A stretch of 64,000 bases of DNA from Hormiphora californensis (taxonomy: Eukaryota; Animalia; Ctenophora). The position numbers and the translations under genes are program-made. The DNA is taken from contig CM035362.1 of assembly GCA_020137815.1 (NCBI GenBank), positions 5,890,001 through 5,954,000 of the forward strand, in the 5' to 3' direction. Under the pieces are notes generated by a model, which was not told the origin of the DNA, did no database searches, and worked only from the letters and a program-made list of their open reading frames with translations. Below are positions 1-13,500 of the stretch, one piece after another. Each line of letters begins with the position of its first letter. Within the stretch, counting starts at the first letter, position 1.

Positions 1-252
1 GTAGGCCCCCCACTAGTCTAATCTGTATCACAAATGTTGGTTACAACGTACAACTACGGGTCATCCCGCTTAGAGCTAAGCGGGGACTGTGCTTTGGGGA
101 TTTTTTCAAAGTTTGATTTTCCAAAGCGGCGAAAGTTTGTAAAAGATTCTAGCAAATTTTAGCGAAGTTTTACCTTCTGACAAGTACAGAAACTCGGGAA
201 CTAATTACATGATTCCAAACACACATCTCAAAATTACCCTTAGCCAAAATTA

Positions 253-461
253 CCCCCATCAGAATGTCGCTCGGCAATTTCCGCATTGGCTCGGTGATTG
301 GTTCGGTAACAACAGGTGGTTTGCCGAACCAGTGGTTCGGAGAGTCAAGGAGGTCGCCGAAAACTTACCGCACAAGGACGCATGGCTCGGCAAACCACCT
401 GTTGTTACCGAACCAATCACCGAGCCAATGCGGAAATTGCCGAGCGACATTCTGATGGGGG
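253..461. mobile_element. Palindromic MITE (75-bp TIRs, 59-bp spacer)
   Basis: TIRs CCCCCATCAGAATGTCGCTCGG... at 253-327 and 387-461. The element is absent from the inverted host copy at ~1945-1975. Two more copies at 60036-60451. Confidence 0.85.
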
Positions 462-3054
462 GCCTACTATTAAAGCCAAACTTTGATCAAAGTCTCGAGA
501 TGCAGAAACTAGTGATTGTCCTAATTTAATGTGATACAGTTGAAACTTGAAAGCATCATGTAGTATGCACTACACTTAAAGCGACATGTTTAATGGTCAG
601 GTATTCCTACCAAATCATGGATTAATATGGGGTAAGTAATCGGGTGAAGCGGTAGGGGATTGCATATCATGATTGCAGTAAACTAGGGTATAATAGTGGT
701 AGGAGTACAAAATGATACATTCAATTGTATCACTCTTGATTAGGCCAACCACTAGTGTCTCGAAACTTGGTATGGCTAAGTATTTGTTCAGAGTAATCTT
801 AATAAATAGGGGTTTATGGGCCAAATTTGCCCTACCCCGATTTAACGGACACCCCAATTTAACGGAAAAAAGCCCTTTCCCCCGATGGTGCCGTTAAATC
901 CGGGTCCGACTGTATCACGTTATGTGTTCGTGAAACGGTAAAACCTCGCTAAAATTTCCTAAACATCGGTTTGAAATTTTCGTCATTTCTCGCTTAGAAT
1001 AATTCAAAATCATAGTTCCCGCTTAGAGTTAGCTCTAAGCGGGATGACCCATAATCGTATAAGGAGCTACCCATAGTCGTATCCAGTGATACAACTATGG
1101 GTACCATCACACATACCTACCCATGGTCGTATGGGGGATTACCCATAGTCGTATCATTTTTATACGACTATGGGTAGTTTTGTGGATTTCATACGACTAT
1201 GGGTACCATTGCAGACACTAACCCATAGTTGTATGGGGAGATTACCCATAGTCGTATCAGTGATACGACTATGGGTAACACATATACAACTATGGGTATT
1301 GCCGCTTAGCACTAAGCCAGGGCTACGCTTAGGAGTTTTTCTAAGCGATAAACTTTCTCAATTCGACAAAAATTTCAGATTTCAAATAATTGGTGCTTAA
1401 CAATTTCTTTAAAATATGTTTATCTCAATTAGTCTTTGTATCTACAACTACAGTCGAACCCTGATTTAACGGCACCCTCGGGGGAAAGGGTTGATGAATG
1501 AATGTTTATATGGACCAAATATGCTCTACCCTATTTTTGTCCAAAATTATATACTGAGACACCTTTAACTGTTATATGCACCTATGTGATGACATGATCA
1601 TTGCTGATTATAGATAAAACATTTAAAAGTAAATTTTTCAAAAGTAGTTTTTTGGAGATATACATACCAGCCACGCCCGATTCGTGTGTCGATTCGCATG
1701 CCCTGCAGCTAAATAGACGGTTCGAAACGAACCGATACGTGATACCATGCCGAATCAGGGTACACTAAGCGGCGTGAGGAATTATCAGCATTTTAAAATA
1801 ACTATTTCTCTAAAAATTCTTGTGGAGCACCAATCAAAGTATCGACAATCATTCTATAAAGTGTAAAATTTTGCAAAAACATGATTGTACTTTCAACTGT
1901 ATCACACTAGATTAGGACAACCACTAGTTTCTGCATCTCAAAGTTTGGCTTTAGTATAATTTTAGCTAAGGGTAATTTTGAGATGTGTGTTTGGATGCAT
2001 GTAATTAGTTCCCGAGTTTCAGTACTTGTCAGACGGTAAAACTTCGCTAAAATTTGCTAGACCTTTTTTTAAAATTTTTGCCGCCTTGGAAAATCAAACT
2101 TTGAAAAAATCCCCAAAGCACAGTCCCCGCTTAGCTCTAAGCGGGATGACCCGTAGTTGTACGTTGTAACCAACATTTGAGATACAGATTAGACTAGTGG
2201 GGGGCCTACTTGAGACTGGTTTGTTTCAGACGCCGTAAAACCTCTCTAAGAGATCGCCAAGCATAAATTATTTGAAATTTGGATTTTTTTCGAATCGTGA
2301 AAGTTTCTCGCTTAGGAAACTCCAAAGCGTAACCCTCGTTCAGCGCTAAGCGGGAATACCCATAGTCGTATGAGCGGCTACCCATAGTCGTATCCAGTGA
2401 TACAACTACCCATAGTCGTATGGGGGTTTACCCATAGTCGTATCATTTTCATACGACTATGGGTAATTTTGGGGATTCCATACGACTATGGGTACCATCG
2501 CAGACACCTACCCATAGTTGTATGGGGAAATTACCCATAGTCGTATCAGTAATACGACTATGGGTAACACTTATACGACTATGGGTCTTCCCGCTTAGCG
2601 CTAAGCGAGGGCTACGCTTTGGAGTTTTTCTAAGCGAGAAACATAACCGATTCGACAAAAATTTCAAAATGTCAAAAACTAGCGCTCAGCAATATCTAAG
2701 CGAGATTTAACGGTGTTAGACACGAAACCGGTCTCAAATAGGCCATCCGCTAGTCTGATCTGTATCTAAAACGTTGGTTTATCATAATTTCCAAAAAATA
2801 GAATTGTTCATGTTATGTATTTACATAGTGCCTTTAGTGTATGTACTGCCATGCATGGTACTTTTTACCTGACATTGATTCAAACCTGCCAAGGATAACC
2901 AGAACACATTTCTTACATATGACTTCGGCAGGGTAACTGTAAGTAAAAGAGTAAAGTTTGACAGTATTACATTCGGACCACAACAATAGGAGTTCACGTG
3001 GGAATCACGTGAACGTCCTCACAACACCAGAAGAGGATCTCCTACTGGTGTTGT

Positions 3055-3358
3055 TAGGTGGGGGCAATTCGGTTAACGCACCTTGGCAATTCGAACCATG
3101 TCATCTCCACGCTGCTCGTTCTGGTTCGAATTCCCCCAGTGGTCTTAATTTACCAGAATTTAGAATAAAATCATGCTAATATTGAAATAAGTTACTTTTT
3201 CAAATCTGAGACTGGCGAACTTAAACCAGATCTAGAGCCTTTTTAGTGGTAACGGGCAGGCTCGAACGAGCAGTTTTCTTCTGGAGATAAGATGCCGTCT
3301 TTATAATAGCTTAACTAGGTGAGAGACATGGTTCGAATTGCCCCAGTGGTCTACCCTA
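3055..3358. mobile_element. Degenerate TIR element, TAGGGTA-terminus family
   Basis: Inverted GGCAATTCGAACCATGTC / GACATGGTTCGAATTGCC; right end ...GGTCTACCCTA. Confidence 0.5.
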
Positions 3359-4022
3359 TCGTTATTTATATTCTAGACCAAAATCTAACGACCCCACTCC
3401 CCTTTTTTAATGTATTTAATATATTGACTACGTATCTCTAATCTTATTATTTATTAACCTACCCATGACTTCAGGAAAAATATATCCGCATGGCATATCA
3501 GCGGTCGTCGAAATTACTAACTTTCTGACCCAAGAAATTAACGTGGATGGTCCTCCCAAATTGACCCCAAAGTTATCCCAAAATGACACTGAATTTATCT
3601 TTAAATAATTCCCAATGATCCTGAATTGACAATGAAATTATCTCTAATTTATCCCGAATGAACTCCGAGGTTATCACAAATTGAACTCTAAGTAGCCCCC
3701 AATTGATCCTAAAATGATCATAAAATTTACCCATAGTTGTATAGTTATACACCGATGGGTAATATAACCACGCTCTCCGGACGCTCTCCGTCAAATACAA
3801 CTATGGGTACCAAAATACGACTATGGGTAAAGTTCATCTTCAGTTGAAAATCCGAGGCAATACCCATAGTTGTATCGCTCTCCGAATGACGGGAGAGCGG
3901 TCCGATACGACTATGGGTAATGGCTATGGGTAATGGCTCGCTCTTTCTCTCTCTCGGTCCACTACACGCACCACTCCCGCATGGGGCCGTAAGGTCCCAT
4001 GCGTGAGCAGGGTTAAATCCCC

Positions 4023-4040
4023 CGAGCCCGGATCCTGTTG

Positions 4041-4105
<65 letters not shown>
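4023..4105. repeat. (TC)n microsatellite
   Basis: Seen directly. Similar GA/CT runs at ~11610-11720, 25500-25750, 29885-30150, 30445-30830, 33455-33570, 33760-33835, 44215-44330, 51060-51160, 56840-56985 and 57460-57565. Confidence 0.95.
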
Positions 4106-4108
<3 letters not shown>

Positions 4109-4283
4109 TCTTTCTCTCCCCTCTTATACTACTCCCTATCATCATCCTTGTGAAACCGCTGTTTCTCGTTAAAATCACCACCGATTCACCGGCACAAGAT
4201 TGTGTATGAAATTTTTACAGCGTAGAATTGTCTCATCATGCATCATGTTACACATGAGTAAACTCTACAGTAAACACATGAGC

Positions 4284-4382
4284 CAGGAACCGACCGACAA
4301 CCAATCAGAACTCGTAATTTAGGTCACTGGTCACGTGACTGGTTATCAGCCAACCAGTATTTCCTGATTCGGTCGGTTCCTG
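4284..4382. mobile_element. ~110-bp MITE, CAGGAACCGACCGA-TIR family
   Basis: TIRs CAGGAACCGACCGA / TCGGTCGGTTCCTG; flanked by a 21-bp direct repeat CTCTACAGTAAAC(A/G)CATGAGC. Confidence 0.8.
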
Positions 4383-4519
4383 CTCTACAGTAAACGCATG
4401 AGCATATAACCCGTCCTTGGAGTGACACACTCATGTCGGGCCGTTCAGTTATACCCACTTGGAGTGACACACTCAATTATAACCAGTAACCACCCTATAA
4501 CTATTACCATATCCCGCAG

Positions 4520-7500
4520 AGAAAACAGATTTGGAGTTATCTTTGATCAGAGCAGGGGATGGAAACAGGCCCAATGCTCTCTTCTCAAAAACTCTCTCAA
4601 CACTCAATGTGAGTTGAAAATCGTTACCATGGAAACCACGAGTTGCCGAGTTGTTTTGTTCAACCCCTTAGCTTGGCAATTGCCGAGTTGGTAGTTCGCT
4701 TATTATATCTCTTGTCAGAGCATTGACCTGCACTGACCCTATTCACAATTGGCCTAACAGCTTATAACACCTGTCCCTTTCCAGCGATCTGATCAACATT
4801 TTTAACCCTTTTCCACTGTCCAGGAGATATTGGAGAACATGACCCCACCAGGTATCACCATGGTGATATAGGACTAACACCATCACCCTCCCAGGAGATA
4901 TTGGAGAACATGACCCCAGGTATCACCATGGTGATATAGGACTAACACCATCACCCTCCCAGGAGATATTGGAGAACATGACCCCACCGCTGGGAGAGAT
5001 GCTGAAAACACATTACAAGGAACTCGTGTCTCTCCTTCTCAGAATCGTGAACAGAGGTTGGTGGGGCGGGGTTTTACCTGGTTACCATGGTTACCTTAAT
5101 GTGTTGCCTGGTTACCATGGTTACCATGAGTGATCGAGGTGTCTCTTCTTCTCACGATTGTAAACAGAGGTTGCTGGTTGATAGAGCCGGGGTTCGGCCT
5201 CCACGACTCTTTTGTTGGAAAATATGGTTGCTTATAATTTAGCTCTTTGCCTCAAACTTTGAACTAAACAAATTGTAAAAATATGACGAATTGTAACAAT
5301 GCAACACCCAAACACTATAGCCACGGATGAGGACCCGTTCAGTATGGAGGAGGGGGACCTGGCTGGCGACTGTTTGGAGCGCATTGCACGTGCTAGGAGT
5401 TGGGGCGTGACGTCACTCACAAAGACTTCCATCATCAGGTATTACCTGGTTACCATGGTTACCATCATCATGTGATAACTGGTTACCATGGTTATCATCA
5501 GCTGTCACTTCCCAGACCAAATAAAATTGTATGAGATGTGAAACCCATCTCTGAATTGCTGGTACGGTCGGACCCCGATTTAGTGGCAGGATTTTTCCCC
5601 CAAGGATGCCACTAAATCGGGGTCCGACTGTATTGTAATTCTGTAATTCTTCCCTTCAGTTCCCTGCTAAGAAGTGTTCTACTTGATAGTACGATATCCA
5701 ACAAACCATTCGAAATCATCAGAGCAGCCTACAGGTATACTTACAACAATAGGTGTTACCATGGTTACCATGGTTATCATGGCAGTGCAGCGTTACCATG
5801 GTTATCATAGCTACGTTACCATGGTTATCATAGCTGCGTTACCACGGTTATCATAGCTACGTTACCATGGTTATCATGGCAGCGTTACCATGGCTACCAT
5901 GGCAGCGTTACCATGGTTATCATAGCTGCGTTACCATGGTTATCATAGCTGCACCACCACTACCTAAATTATGACTTCCCTGAAATCACTGTTACCACGA
6001 TGTTGTTTGGACTGTACTTCACGACAGCACGTACTCGTTTGATCCTAGTTATTAATTAAATTAATTAATTAATAATTTATCTCATCTGTTACAGCTCGGA
6101 GCCTACAGTTTTGCTGGAAAGTATAGGTACCACTGAGATTGAGGTTATTTTGAGCATTTTGCACACAGAGAAGAGGATCTATGTAAAGAAGTTCTTTGTA
6201 GCTTTCCTTACCGATCTTTTCAGGTAGGAGCTGGAAATGCAATTAATTTAATTTTAAGATTACCAAATAGCATGAATTCCTGAACCTAGAGCTGTTGTTA
6301 ACTAAGTAGTTAACTTAGTTGTTAACCTAGTCCTAACCTAGTATTTAACCTAGCCCAGTCCTAACCTACTATTTAACCTAGTATTTATCCTAGTGTTATC
6401 CTAGTGTTAACCTAGTGGGTGTGCGGACTCTAGTGCTACACTCTAAGTCTAAAGAGGACTCTACAATGTAGATGTAGAGTCTACATCTAAATTTAGATTT
6501 AGATAAAGAGTCCAAATAATTCTAAACTCTAGGAGGACTCTTTATCTAAAAAGTCTACACAGGGCGGACTCTTTATCTAAAAAGTCTAAACAAAGTGGAC
6601 TTTATATCTACATAAATCTAAATTAGATATAGAGTCCGCCTTTCGCCGCGAACTCGAGATTTCGGCCGCTAGGCCGGAAACGAGAGTTTGCTCTACCCCT
6701 ATACTAATTTAGAAGGGTTAGGGCCGTTATTTGGGTTCGAGGTTAGGGTTAGGGTTAGTGTTAGGGTTAGGTTTTGGGTTGGGTTAGGATTTTAGACATA
6801 GAGTCCGGGTTGGAGGATTTGGCGCCAAAATGTACTAGAGGACTCTATATCTAAAAATTCTACACAGCGCGGACTCTTTATCTAAAAAGTCTACACAGGG
6901 AGGACTCTTTATCTAAACTTTTTTCAAAATCTAACTGTAGATAAAGAGTCCGTTTTTAGATATAGAGTCCGCCTTGGATTTAGATAAAGAGTCCGTTAGC
7001 ACTAGAGTCCGCCCACCAACCTAGTGTTATCCTAGTATTTAATCTAGTGTTATCCTAGTATTTAATCTAGTAGTTAACCTAGTGTTATCCTAGTGTTAAC
7101 CTAGCAGTAAACCACGTGTTATCCTAGTGCTAACCTAGTATTTAACCTAGTGTTAACCTAGCAGTAAACCTATATTTAATCACGTGTTATCCTAGTGTTA
7201 ACCTAGCAGTAAACCTATATTTAATCACGTGTTATCCTAGTGTTAACCTAGCAGTAAACCTATATTTAATCACGTGTTATCCTAGTGTTAACCTAGCAGT
7301 AAACCTATATTTAACAGGAGTGGACGATCTAAGCATCACCTGTATAGCGGAGAAGTCATTTCTACTCTGTTGGCAGGTGAGCTACCGTATGGGGCAATAA
7401 AAATCCCCCCCCCAAGTCTACCATAGTTCCAGATATCGTGGAGCGCTAAAATACATAACATGCATAAAAATATTTCATTTGCCCAAAGCTGTAAAGCTAT

Positions 7501-10500
7501 TTTTCACACTTTTGGGAGTCTGTGATAATAATTGAATAAATTTCGGCAATTCAGTCGTCATGGTTACCGCTTCAGTTGCCATGGGAACAATTAAAATTGG
7601 TGTTTAAAAATTTCACTACATCACTCATCAGTAATATTTAATATCCGAAAACATTGATGGAAAAATCTAACCAACCCCTTACTGCCCAGGTTTAGCAACC
7701 CCCGATCCCGAGTTGAATTCCCGATCTTTGGAGTTACTTCTTCTCATATCTTCGGAGGATAAGGGTCTTCAGTGTATATTCCAATCTCCAAACACCTTTA
7801 TAACTCTCGTCAATAGGTACACTAGTCCTGTTATCATGGTTATCATAACTTCGTTACCATGGTTATCATAACTTCGTTACCAGTTGTTTTGGATCTCTCC
7901 AATCAATAACAACATTACACTTTACAGGGTGCTCCTGGAAACAGAGGGCAGGTTTGATTTGTGCTGTAAGTTGCTATGGAAACTGATACATAGCTTCCGG
8001 GATCTTCAAAACTCCGTCAAAGTTATCGAGAACATGGGTTAGTTGCAAAGAATGAAAACTATAGTCTTCCAATTTTTGAAAGATTGTGGCAGATTGAGTG
8101 AGAGCCATGAGGCCTTGTAACCCAGCCTGGGTTACCCAGGCCACCGCAGCTTCTTTAATCAATATATACTGATAGGACTAACACAGCACCTTCACCCTCC
8201 CAGGTGACCCAGGTATCACCCTGGTAACACCATCACCCTCCCAGGTATCACCATGGTAACACCATCACCCTCCCAGGTATCACCATGCTAACACCATCAC
8301 CCTCCCAGGTATCACCATGGTAACACCATCACCCTCCCAGGTATCACCATGGTAACACCATCAACCTCCCAGGTATCACCATGGTAACACCATCAACCTC
8401 CCAGGTATCACCATGGTAACACCATCACCCTCCCAGGTATCACCATGGTAACACCATCACCCTCCCAGGTATCACCATGGTAACACCATCACCCTCCCAG
8501 GTATCACAATGGTAACACCATCACCCTCCCAGGTATCAACATGGTAACACCATCACCATCCCAGGTATCATCATGGTAACACCATCACCCTCCCAGGTAT
8601 CACCATGGCAACACCATCACCCTCCCAGGTATCACCATGGTAACACCATCACCCTCCCAAGTATCACCATGGTAACACCATCACCCTCCCAGGTATCACC
8701 ACGGTAACACCATCACCCTCCCAGGTATCACCATGGTAACACCATCACCCTCCCAGGTATCACCATGGTAACACCATGCCACCCTCCCAGGTATCACCAT
8801 GGTAACACCATCACCCTCCCAGGTATCACCATGGTAACACCATCACCCTCCCAGGTATCACCACGGTAACACCATCACCCTCCCAGGTATCACCATGGTA
8901 ACACCATCATCCTCCCAGGTATCACCATGGTAACACCATCACCCTCCCAGGTATCACCATCACCCTCCCAGGTATCACCATGGTAACACCATCACCCTCC
9001 CAGGTATCACCACGGTAACACCATCACCCTCCCAGGTATCACCACGGTAACACCATCACCCTCCCAGGTATCACCACGGTGATAGGAATGCTAGAAACAG
9101 AGGATAATGATGTGAAGTGTATCGGGACTGAGTGCATTAGAATTCTCCTCAACTCAAACTCTTTCGATTACCGAGCTCAGCTGATAAGGAAAGGTAGGTT
9201 GTAAATAAAATCCCTGAGGAGCTCAGCTTGGGCAGGTATCAGACTAGGAAAGGAATAGTGAGGTCTCAAAAATGGAAATAAAAAGGAATATAGGATTTGT
9301 TAAACACCAGCTGTAACTATTTTATTCGACCTCTTATTAGTAACTCGATTTAATTAAAAACACTGGCCCCCATTCTCCCACCCCTAAACAAGTATCCCCT
9401 AATCAGATGTGCACACAATGTTGATTGGCCTCCTGAAAACTAGCACCGCTGGTCACGTTCTCCACTCTGTAATGACTTGTCTGGCTGAGTTGGCCGTCTC
9501 CTACTCCTCCTACCATCCCGTCCCTGCTGTTCAGGTTAGTTACCATGGTTACCTGCTGTGAGTCATGGTTAACATGGTTACCAGGTGTGAGTCATAGTTA
9601 ACATGGTTACCAGGTGTGAGTCATGGTTACCATGGTTACCAGGTGTGAGTCATGGTTACCATGGTTACCAGGTGTGAGTCATGGTTACCATAGTTACCAA
9701 TCTAAACTCGTGATTCCTCCACACACAGAATGCGATGCTCCAAAGTGACGGTCTAAAACGAATAATTCAAATTGCCCAAGCTAACCGGCTAACTAACCCA
9801 ACGCTCCAAACTGCTGCTTATCTACTTATAGCCGCGACCCTCCTTGGTTAGTTTGAATTTCATTTTAGCCGCCCCCCCCTGGTTAGTTTCACTTTAGCAC
9901 AATCTTCCTTGGTTAGTTTCACTTTCACTTTAGCCGCGACCCCCCCTGGTTAGTTTCACTTTCATTTTAGCCGCCCCCCCCCCCCTTGGTTAGTTTCACT
10001 TTCACTTACCTTGTTCGACCGTCATTCCCCTTGAACAAAACAAACTTCCCCTTCACCTCTCTCTCATGTAACACTTTCTCTTGTTTAGGCAACCAAATGG
10101 TGGAGATGCGTTTAGCGGAGTACGATCTGTCAATCGAAGAGGACCTCCGCCACCAGACAAAGCACAGCGACCAGACATGTACGTGCAATATCATATCAGG
10201 AACCGACCGAATCAGGAAATACGGGTCCCTGATTGGCTGATAACCAGTCACGTGACCTAAATAACGAGTTCTGATTGGTTGTTTACTTGTGTCGGTCGGT
10301 TCCTGTATCATATGTTTGTCAAGTTTGTCATGGATGAGATCTCATATCAGATCGATCTGATCAGGATTTAATAGGGAGTGAGATAGCAGTGTCATTTATG
10401 TTTGTCTGTCTCAAGATGATTGACGCGTCGCGAGCTGTAGGATAGACTTTCTCACAAATTGTTGGACAAGACAGGGGTATTATAAGAGTCCCATCTGTGC

Positions 10501-13500
10501 TTTGGGGTTCAATATAATCCGAAGATCATCATGATGATAACTGCAGTTATTGATTTCTTTCCATCATCAGTGTCGCTGGCGATCAAAGCGATAACCCTGT
10601 TCCGATATCACTCACTGATTGTTGATAACGGCACTTACAAGTTTAGCTCCACTTTCGATTCTGGTGATACTCTGTCTATATTCAATGTAAGTGCAGTGGG
10701 AACTGTCTGCAACCATTTACTATTTGAAATTAATATATTCTCATGGCTATTATACGGATTACAGTTGGACCCTGATTTAACGGCACCCTTGGGGGAAAAG
10801 GGGTTTGTCCGTTAAATCGGGGTGTCCGTTAAAATTAATAAAAGTTCAATTTTTAGAATGTATTATGGTCCGTCTGTAAGCACAGCTCAGTAAAATCAGG
10901 AATTATCGACCTGCTGGAGGACAAGAGTGAACAGAGCCTCATTTATCTGTAAGTGCTCCTTCATAAAATAAACCATCCTCTTTGTCTTGTATTCTGATCA
11001 CGTGTTCCTGTATTTTAGGGCTTCCCTATCCAAGATCAAGGAATGTGCTACTGTCATTGTGGAACAGGGTTTGTCTCCTCTTATTGATATGCTTTACACG
11101 GGAAACCTTCGAGAACGAGAATCCGCCGCAACCCTCCTCGCTTCTCTCTCCTATTTTGAAGTTAGTTAATGTTATAGTGCTCCTTCATAAAACTAAACGC
11201 ACCAATATAATACATTTTTTTACGGAGAAGTCACCAAAAGATACATTCGAGCTCATTTTAAAACACATGTGGGGTACTTGTTTTGTACAATTGTACAAAC
11301 TCTTTTATAACAGTCTAACTTGGCAATGGGGGACAGGTTTCACACATAATTTATGCAGAGAGGTATGGAGGAGCTGTTGATAGAGTCCCATGAAGATCCG
11401 GCACTGCTAGCATCCGTAACAGAAACTAGTCCTAATGTTCCCCTTTACAAGAATTTCCAGGTACGAAACTAGTCCTAATGTTCCCCTTTACAAGAATTTC
11501 CAGGTACGAAACTAGTCCTAATGTTCCCCTTTACAAGAATTTCCAGGTACGAAACTAGTCCTAATGTTCCCCTTTACAAGAATTTCCAGGTACGAAACGT
11601 TAATGTCTCTCTCTCACTCTCTCCCTCTCTCTCTCTCTCCCTCTCTCTATCTCTCTCTCTCTTCCTCTTTCTCCTGTTCACTCACCCTCTCTCTCTCTCA
11701 CTCTCACCCTCTCTCTCTCTCTCCCACTCTCCCACTCCCTCTACCCCTCCTGACTCCCCTCTCATTCAGGAAAGGTTAAGCGAGAACACGGCCCGTGACC
11801 ACAAAAGAAGGGTACTCAGTAAGCAGGAGAGCAGGTCTGGAACAGAGCGATCACAACCTCTGGGATCCCCAGTGAAATTACCCGGTAAGATCTGTATGGC
11901 GGCGCCAAACCCCATTTGATTCTCAAATGCGCTCAAATGCGCTCAGTGCGCTCAGATGGGGTCGCGGCGCCAGACAGGGTAAGATCAAGTAGGGGGTGGT
12001 GGTTGAATATTAAGATCAAGTGGGGTGGTGGTCATTGACTAAGTTTGAAAGTTCTCCGTTAGCCCTGTTTTGTTTAGACGCTCTCTCGCGTATTTCAATG
12101 TTGGCCGGGGTGTTTCTCACTCTTCATTTAATTTCCTTTTTCTAATGTTCATTATTCACAGATATCGGTACGAATAGTCTGATATATGGGCAAAAGCCAC
12201 TGTCTCGGCAAAAGTCCCGTGGTCATGAGGAGGCGAATAAGACTCCAATTCCTGGTGACAAAAACTTTGCGGTAGGTATAGACTCGTATTATAGTTCATC
12301 TTGTTATTACATCCTGCAGCTGGAAAGTGAAAGTGAAAGTGATTTACGTCTGCTGACAATTACATGGGCAATGAATATAGTTTTCAAAATACTAACTTTG
12401 TACATTTCTTTCAGAGGATCGACACAGTACGATATACAGACATTACAACTATGGGACTTACCCGACCTTACTCCAAGGTATACCGCAGGAACCGACCTAA
12501 TCAGGAAACAATGGTCCCTGATTGGCTGATAACCAGTCACGTGATCTGGACAGTGCAGGCTTCTGTAAACATAGCTCTGCCACACTGTTTTACTCAGTTC
12601 TTAATCAACAAGTTGGCCAATCGGAGCTGTTTTTAGTGGCTCGGTTTTTATTGCAAACCCTGCCATCTAACCCCGGCCCCTCTATTTAGTATTTACTAAT
12701 TCACTAACTCCGGCCCCTCTATATTTACTAATTTACTAACTCGATCTAGGTTGATCGCCTGCCAAGTGTGCTATTGTCAAACGAAGGAGCAGCAGTTGGT
12801 GATACTGATGCAGCGTCCTACGATAAAAGGTATGATGCCCATATATGTGATAGTCACGTGATATGCCCATATATGGTGCGTGATAGTCGCGTGATATGTC
12901 CAAATATGGTGCGTGTTAGTCACGTGATATGCCCAAATATGGTACGTGTTAGTCACGTGATATGCCCATATATGGTTATCACGTGCTTATGATGAGGGGG
13001 TAAAAAAGAAAACATATTCAATAGTGAAAATAACATGTGTTTCAGTATTGGGTACGATTTCTTTCTTTGCGCGCAGCTGCTCCGTCATAATACACGTCGC
13101 AAGCACCTATAATGTTTTGTTTTTTCTTCTTTTATTCGTCCTATCACACTGTGATCATGTTGCTTGCATATTACCTTCTTGTGTGTTGCATATTGCCTTC
13201 TTGTGTGTTGCATGTGTTTCTTGTGAAACTACGTCATCTTTATAGTATGTAGTTATACATAGTGTGAATCTTTTGTTGAGTGCTGCTTGCCTCGTGATAT
13301 ATTTGTTCAGCCAAAAGACTCAATTCTTGTTGTGCACCTTTACATACTACCGTATGGTATTCACGTGATTATATGCCCAAATATGGTGCGTGATAGTCAC
13401 GTGATATGCCCAAATATGGTGTTTCTAACCGTGATACAGCTTGTACAGGACAGTAGACCGGCTTTATAAGAAACTCTACCTGCGGCCAGCAACGCAGGCC

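Larger units (their letters stand above)
1..3930. repeat. Composite foldback/MITE cluster with CCCATAGTCGTAT / ATACGACTATGGG sub-repeat arrays
   Basis: 1-252 plus 463-545 is the reverse complement of ~1895-2209. ~930-1440 resembles ~2230-2770. Inverted arrays of the 13-mer lie at ~1050-1300, 2360-2590 and 3730-3930. Confidence 0.8.

Noticed and set aside
209-529. ORFs identical on both strands (MSLGNFRIGSVIG...) here and at 59933-60495
   Set aside because: Artifact of the palindromic MITE; no coding signature.
1050-2600. Regularly recurring 13-bp repeats with short spacers resembling a CRISPR array
   Set aside because: Repeats are too short, occur in both orientations with irregular, related spacers, there are no cas genes, and the context is eukaryotic.
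6716-6790. TTAGGG repeats as a true telomere or fusion site
   Set aside because: Short, degenerate and internal to a TIR element within an intron.
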